This document shows positions 59,208-64,000 of a DNA stretch of 64,000 bases, piece by piece; position 1 is the first letter of the stretch, and the number at the start of each line of letters is the position of its first letter. Under the pieces are notes generated by a model. The model was not told the origin of the DNA. It ran no database searches and saw only the letters and a program-made list of their open reading frames with translations. The position numbers were made by a program, and so were the translations under genes. The DNA comes from an uncultured Gemmatimonadaceae bacterium (GTDB lineage: Bacteria > Gemmatimonadota > Gemmatimonadetes > Gemmatimonadales > Gemmatimonadaceae): positions 224,001-288,000 of the forward strand of contig CAWBOC010000005.1 of assembly GCA_963790305.1 (NCBI GenBank). The letters run 5' to 3'.

Positions 59208-61607
59208 TTACGGCCAAGGCAGCGGGATAACCCTGAACCGGGACCGTGCCTCCGGATTATCCTCTCCGGCGAAAAAGCGGTTGATGTCACGGACCGCCGC
59301 GGCCCGATGAGCCCGGTCGGCAGGCGAGCCGGTACTCATCGTCGAAAGCCGGTTCTTCAGGAGATCGAGGTGCATCGCCGACACCGACCGCACCTCGGCC
59401 AACGCCTGCCGGTCGCCGGCACGATCGAGCAGCGTGTTGAGCACCACCTGTTGCACCGCGCGTCGGAGCGCCTGGTGACCACCGTTGCTCGACGGAGTCG
59501 CACCCCACGTGCGGGTCACGATCGTTCGAATCACTTCGTCGAGGGACGGATTCGCCGCATCTCTCGCGTTGAACAACACGAGTCGTGCAGCCCGCTCGCG
59601 CTCGAGGATCCCTTCGACCACTTCCGTTGCCAGCCCACCGGCAAGGGAGACCTGGTCGAACGACGTCCCGCCGGCCGAGCCGATCCACTCGATCGACGCG
59701 TCGCCGCCCGCGGGCACCGGTGGAATGAGCGCCATCACACGCGCGGGTACAGCAAGCTTCGCCGGCTCGAGCTCATCCAGCGCCATCGCGAGTGCGCGCC
59801 GCTGCTGCGCGGGAGGCGTTACGCTCGTCGGCGTCTGACTGTCACCGCGTACCGCGTAGGTGAAGTCCATGCCGCCGATGTATTTGACCAGCCCCTCCAG
59901 CGAATACCGATGATGCAAATAGACGTGCGCGAATCGCATGTTGAGCAGGTACATTGGCTCGCCCGGCTTGATGGCGCGCTCGTCGAACTTCTCGATGAGA
60001 ACGCGGCGAACCGCTGCGGTCCGCTCGACCGCGTCGAACGCACTGGCGCCCTCCACCCACCGCGTTGCCTCGGGGATCGATCCCTCGGCGCCGGCATGCT
60101 GGTCGGCAACGAACCGCAATCCACGCCCGAGTCCCTCCGTCACGATGCGCTGGAGTCCGGCTTTCTCAGCATCCGCGTTCGGATACCACGTGTAGCCGTA
60201 ACGGATGGCGAGCGAATCCCATCCGCCGGCGAAAGGTGCGTAGGCGCGAGAGAGATCGGGCTGACCGTTGGCGCCCAGCGTGATGATCGGCACCGGATAG
60301 TCCATCACGGACGCGCGCCCCTGCGATGACGAAATGAAGTTGTGCGAGAGGCCCAGGGTGTGGCCGATCTCGTGAGCGACATGCTGTCGCCGGCGGGCCA
60401 TCGCGAACTCTTCCGCCGGCATGTTCAGCCCGTTAGGTCCAGCCGCGGGGAGAAGCCCAGCGTAGATGTTGTAATCGATCAACGATCGCCACGAATCCAT
60501 GCGGACGACCGTCCGCACGATCTCGCCGGTTCGCGGGTCGGCGAACGATGGACCGACGGAGGGTCCGGGCCCGCTGCGGTGCACCCAGTAAATGAGGTTG
60601 TACCGCGCATCCATTGGGTCGGCGCCAGCCGGCAGGTCGCGAACCTGAAAGGCGTTTCGCCAACCCGCCGCCTGGAGCACGGTGTTCCACCAGTTGCCGC
60701 CGTCGCGAAAGGCCGTGCGATACGGTTCGGGGATGGCGGGATCGAGGTAGTAGATGATGGGCGCCACCGGCTCGGTGGGTTCCCCACGTGCGTACGCAGC
60801 GGGATCCTTGGGAACGAGCCGCCACCGGTTGATGAATCCCGCGCGGTAGGTGCCCTCGAAGCTCTGCCCGAAGTCGTTGAATTGCGTGGCGAAGAATCCC
60901 GATCGTGGATCGGCCGCGCGCGGCGTGAATCCCTGAGGCGCGGGGAGCTCCACCAGCGAGTGATGGATCTCCATTGTCGCCGACGATGGATCGGGAACGT
61001 GCCGGCGCACGGCGGGTCCGGGGTTCTCGATTGCGAAGGTGAGCACCGCGTGGATTTCCGTATTCGTCGGGAACGCCTTCGTGCGCGAGGCGTCGATCCA
61101 GCTACGACTCGCGTCGACGCGCGCGCTCCCCTGCTGCGCGCGTCGCAGGCTCTCTGCGATTCCGTACGTGTCGGTGAGAAAGAGCCCCGTGGCGTCGACG
61201 AGCAGGGTGCCGTTGGTCTCCGACTCGATTGGAAACGAAGCGATCACCGACGTTGGATACGCCTCAGCTGCCGCGCGCTGGCCCGCGGCATCGGCGCCCT
61301 GCGCACGAACGCTCCAGTTGTCGCGCACGAGAAGAACGCGTTTCCCCTGCCGCTCGAGGCGCACGAGAGCACTGCCGCCGGTTTGGCCGCGGTCCAGCCC
61401 CAGCGCGTTCGCTCCGAATCCGGTCGCGAGGACGCTCTGGTGCAGCATGTCTCGATTCAGCCGGGTAGGCGCGATCTCGAGCAGAACCTTGTTTCGATCG
61501 GCATCGACGCGCACTCCGATGAATTGCGCGAGGCCAACGGTTGGAGCACCGAGTGAGATCGTCAGAGCGGCGACTGCTCTGAGCAAGAAGCGATCGTTCC
61601 TTCGCAT
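59208..61607 (-). CDS. Zinc-dependent metalloprotease (DUF5117/DUF4953 type, metzincin)
   Basis: Signal peptide; HEIGHTLGLSHN, SVMDY Met-turn, DPRTGEI. Confidence 0.92.
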   Translation of the reverse strand: MRRNDRFLLRAVAALTISLGAPTVGLAQFIGVRVDADRNKVLLEIAPTRLNRDMLHQSVLATGFGANALGLDRGQTGGSALVRLERQGKRVLLVRDNWSVRAQGADAAGQRAAAEAYPTSVIASFPIESETNGTLLVDATGLFLTDTYGIAESLRRAQQGSARVDASRSWIDASRTKAFPTNTEIHAVLTFAIENPGPAVRRHVPDPSSATMEIHHSLVELPAPQGFTPRAADPRSGFFATQFNDFGQSFEGTYRAGFINRWRLVPKDPAAYARGEPTEPVAPIIYYLDPAIPEPYRTAFRDGGNWWNTVLQAAGWRNAFQVRDLPAGADPMDARYNLIYWVHRSGPGPSVGPSFADPRTGEIVRTVVRMDSWRSLIDYNIYAGLLPAAGPNGLNMPAEEFAMARRRQHVAHEIGHTLGLSHNFISSSQGRASVMDYPVPIITLGANGQPDLSRAYAPFAGGWDSLAIRYGYTWYPNADAEKAGLQRIVTEGLGRGLRFVADQHAGAEGSIPEATRWVEGASAFDAVERTAAVRRVLIEKFDERAIKPGEPMYLLNMRFAHVYLHHRYSLEGLVKYIGGMDFTYAVRGDSQTPTSVTPPAQQRRALAMALDELEPAKLAVPARVMALIPPVPAGGDASIEWIGSAGGTSFDQVSLAGGLATEVVEGILERERAARLVLFNARDAANPSLDEVIRTIVTRTWGATPSSNGGHQALRRAVQQVVLNTLLDRAGDRQALAEVRSVSAMHLDLLKNRLSTMSTGSPADRAHRAAAVRDINRFFAGEDNPEARSRFRVIPLPWP

Positions 61608-61632
61608 CAACCTGCCTCCAAAGACTTGCGAT

Positions 61633-62430
61633 TCATCGCGGAATGACGAGTTGAATCTCATTCCCCTGCTGACCGATGCGATACGTCCCAATGGGCTGAT
61701 CCGCGGGGCCAGCTTTGACGACGCCCGTTCTTACATCGAACTGCGATCCGTGCCATGGGCATTGCACCGTACCGCAGATCATCGTTCCGCCCGCCAGGGA
61801 GCCGCCACGATGCGGACAGTGGTCGTCGAATGCAACGTATCCCTGCTCGGTGCGAGCGAGGACGATACGCCGATCACCGACGTGGAGCAGCTTCATCTGA
61901 TCGACCTTGAGCTCGTCGGCTTTCGCTACGACCAGGGCCGCACCTGCGGTGGCATCGATCCTCTCTTCCTTCCATTTTCCTGCGCTCGCGTACCGATGGT
62001 CGACGCCTATCTGGTTGCGGTTCACCAGCACACCCCCCATCCATCCACCGGCGATGAGCAAGCCAAGCGCGGCGAGCTCGAGTCCCAGCACCCAGATGTC
62101 GGGCCTGCCCACCATTTCGCGTCGCATGATCCACGCGACCGCAACCAGCGCCACGGCGAGCAGATTCACGAGCATGTGTCGTGTCGCGCGACGCTTACCG
62201 GAGCTGCGCGGGGGGACGGTGAACAGATAATCGATGAACCCGGGGACAGCGGCCACGAGCGCCGTCACGATGCCGGCCGCCGCGAGATGACTTCCGGTCG
62301 TCCACCAGCTTGCGCGATCGGCGAACCACCCAGCCGTATCGAAGAGAAAGGCGCCGGTGAGGAAGGCGAACGGAAAGGGGATCAGGGCCGGGTGAATCGG
62401 GTGTCCGCGAAAGCTGGCCTTGCTTCGCAT
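61633..62430 (-). CDS. DUF2231 membrane domain-Rieske [2Fe-2S] fusion protein
   Basis: GHPIHP N-terminus with about 4 TM; CPHRGG and CPWHGSQFD Rieske boxes. Confidence 0.88.
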   Translation of the reverse strand: MRSKASFRGHPIHPALIPFPFAFLTGAFLFDTAGWFADRASWWTTGSHLAAAGIVTALVAAVPGFIDYLFTVPPRSSGKRRATRHMLVNLLAVALVAVAWIMRREMVGRPDIWVLGLELAALGLLIAGGWMGGVLVNRNQIGVDHRYASAGKWKEERIDATAGAALVVAKADELKVDQMKLLHVGDRRIVLARTEQGYVAFDDHCPHRGGSLAGGTMICGTVQCPWHGSQFDVRTGVVKAGPADQPIGTYRIGQQGNEIQLVIPR

Positions 62431-62452
62431 GAATGCGCCTCCGAAGATTGCG

Positions 62453-63040
62453 ATGACTTCACGCGCGAGACTTCCGTTGGGTAATCCGAGATCGCTGCTG
62501 CCTCACGAGGTCGAGATCTTCGTCACACGCGAGCTTCGGAAAGCGGGGCTCGCGCCGTCCGCGATGAAGGTGCGCGACCGGATCCTGGCCGCAGGAAAAA
62601 CCGACGACTACACAGTCGAGCTTGGATGCTCGCTGCACATCGGTGACAGCGACCGCTACGTATTGATAGAATGCCACAACCGGCCTGTTCCCGTGAGCAC
62701 CACCGCGATCGAAGCCCTTCACGCGAAAGTGCAGCAAGCCAAGGCTCACTACGCCATGATGTTTTCCACGAGTGGGTTCGAGCGCGAAGCCGTGCGTGCG
62801 GCTTCGGGGCTGGGGATGCCCGTTTTCACGGTCGCTGACGGGAAAACCGCATTCGCGCGAAGCCCCTGGGGGATGGCCGGCGATCCTCCCGCATGGGTAC
62901 CCGAATACATGGCAGAGCTCGTCGGATTGGACGCGACCGGTCAGGCGCGCACCGAGCTGCTCGTGTCCGGTGGGTCGAAGCGGGTACTCGACGCTTTTGC
63001 TAGGGGTCCGGAGTCAGGAGTGAGGGGTCAGGGTCGGTAA
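62453..63040 (+). CDS. Mrr-like restriction endonuclease-fold protein, degenerate active site
   Basis: VLIECH (ECK expected), FSTSGFEREA, AKV...AKA pattern of Mrr_cat; start uncertain. Confidence 0.7.
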   Translation: MTSRARLPLGNPRSLLPHEVEIFVTRELRKAGLAPSAMKVRDRILAAGKTDDYTVELGCSLHIGDSDRYVLIECHNRPVPVSTTAIEALHAKVQQAKAHYAMMFSTSGFEREAVRAASGLGMPVFTVADGKTAFARSPWGMAGDPPAWVPEYMAELVGLDATGQARTELLVSGGSKRVLDAFARGPESGVRGQGR

Positions 63041-63146
63041 GGGGCCGCCGCGCTTCGCGCGAGCGGCCCTCATCAGATGAGCGCGGCAGCAACGCTGCCG
63101 CGCCTTACCGACCCTGACTCCTGACTCCTGACTCCGGACCCCTAGC
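62999..63146. repeat. Composite TCAGGAG inverted-repeat element overlapping both convergent 3' ends
   Basis: 44-bp arms 62999-63042/63103-63146 (2 mismatches); internal hairpins around CTCATCAGATGAG. Confidence 0.93.
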
Positions 63147-63389
63147 CGGCGCAGCCGCCGGCGGCCTGAAGATCTCCGGACGCCGCTGCTGCGCCGAGGA
63201 CAGTGAAAGATCGGGGGCAGGATCGTAGATGAGCCGATTCACTCTCCCCGTGTCCCGCATCTGCGCCAGCACCGCCGAGTCGGCAAGCATTGCACTGCCG
63301 GGCCCTTCGCGCATTCCAGCCTCGTCATCGCCACAGGCTATCATCGCGAGTGCCACAAGCGCAGAGGCAGCTGTCCGTAAGAGCTTCAT
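63105..63389 (-). CDS. Small hypothetical lipoprotein
   Basis: MKLLRTAASALVALAMIAC lipobox; ATGA overlap with the upstream gene. Confidence 0.7.
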   Translation of the reverse strand: MKLLRTAASALVALAMIACGDDEAGMREGPGSAMLADSAVLAQMRDTGRVNRLIYDPAPDLSLSSAQQRRPEIFRPPAAAPARGPESGVRSQGR

Positions 63390-63742
63390 CGCACCGCTCC
63401 ATTCCCAGAAGAAGAGTCCCGGTCCTCCGAGGGCGCGCCCTGGGCGAGCCATTGGCGAAAATCGCCGCTCGCGCAGGTCAGCTGCCATTCCTCCCAGATT
63501 GTGATCGCGATCGCCCGCAACGGTCCATCGGATGGACCTTCCGCAAGACAGCGCTCGAGCAGCCACCCTTCGAAATCATCGGCGCTCGGATCCGCGCTCA
63601 CGATCTCCTCGAGCAGGGTGCGCTTGAGCTGGAGTCCGATGGAGTCGGCGGTCGTGTCGCGCATACGGCGCTTGCGCCGGCCTTCCGACACGTCGATGGT
63701 CTCGAGGAGCTCTCGGCAGACGTCCGCTGGCCGCGTCGTCAT
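63386..63742 (-). CDS. Conserved hypothetical protein downstream of fdhE
   Basis: EGRRKRR.RDTT.DSIG, DP..DDFEGWL; coupled to the fdhE stop. Confidence 0.7.
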   Translation of the reverse strand: MTTRPADVCRELLETIDVSEGRRKRRMRDTTADSIGLQLKRTLLEEIVSADPSADDFEGWLLERCLAEGPSDGPLRAIAITIWEEWQLTCASGDFRQWLAQGAPSEDRDSSSGNGAVR

Positions 63743-63999
63743 CACGGTACGTTCCCGGCTTCGATCTCGCGCGGGGGCCGCCCAGCGCGTGTGACCGTGA
63801 GCGTGAGGCGATGCGCGAACTGCGATGGCCGGGAATAGGTCCGCTCCTGCGCGATCAGGTCGAGGTCGACGCTGGCGAGGTCGGTCATGGCGATCGTCCG
63901 CAGCGTCATCGGTCGCAGCGTCGTGAAGGCCTTGAGGTATCCCTTGCAGGTATGACACGCCTCGACGCGTCGCGTCTGCGACTCGCCCTCGGGAATCAG
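63742..63999 (-). CDS. fdhE: Formate dehydrogenase accessory protein FdhE, C-terminal part (truncated by the window)
   Basis: Manual translation: RRVEACHTCKGYLK...DLASVDLDLIAQER; TGA at 63742-63744. Confidence 0.85.
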   Translation of the reverse strand: MIPEGESQTRRVEACHTCKGYLKAFTTLRPMTLRTIAMTDLASVDLDLIAQERTYSRPSQFAHRLTLTVTRAGRPPREIEAGNVP

Positions 64000-64000
64000 C

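Noticed and set aside
16190..63146. CRISPR array or IS terminal repeats
   Set aside because: Repeats are inverted 7-9-mers without unique spacers; no cas or transposase gene in the window
1..64000. HIP1-like GCGATCGC and TCGA abundance
   Set aside because: Plausibly explained by common codon pairs (GCG ATC GC, CTC GAG) at high GC; not quantified

Overview
GC-rich (roughly two-thirds G+C by eye) bacterial chromosomal segment. Gene content (SusC/SusD, many lipoproteins, TonB receptors) suggests Gemmatimonadota, which is inference only. About 63 CDS; no rRNA, tRNA, CRISPR or transposase seen. Main modules: (i) a SusC/SusD-hydrolase-PLP dehydratase operon divergent from a GNAT + NSAR/OSBS pair; (ii) a HipA-like kinase/DUF3037 pair; (iii) arsR-arsM-arsN2-phosphoesterase with a duplicated operator; (iv) a hexuronate operon (uxaC-uxaB-eda-kdgK-exuT-kduD-uxuA); (v) a NamZ/TonB/NAGPA/SIS/MFS/ROK amino-sugar locus; (vi) an ABC exporter + DUF1854 behind a structured attenuator-like leader; (vii) the end of fdhE. 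Most unusual signals: the octamer GCCTAACG/CGTTAGGC, strongly over-represented on both strands and in all reading frames; a family of 7- and 9-mer tandem-repeat inverted-repeat elements at gene junctions, one of which encodes the C-termini of both flanking proteins; and a promoter-uORF(RAP-stop)-terminator/antiterminator leader. Seven apparent +1 frameshifts in six genes are probably sequencing insertions.
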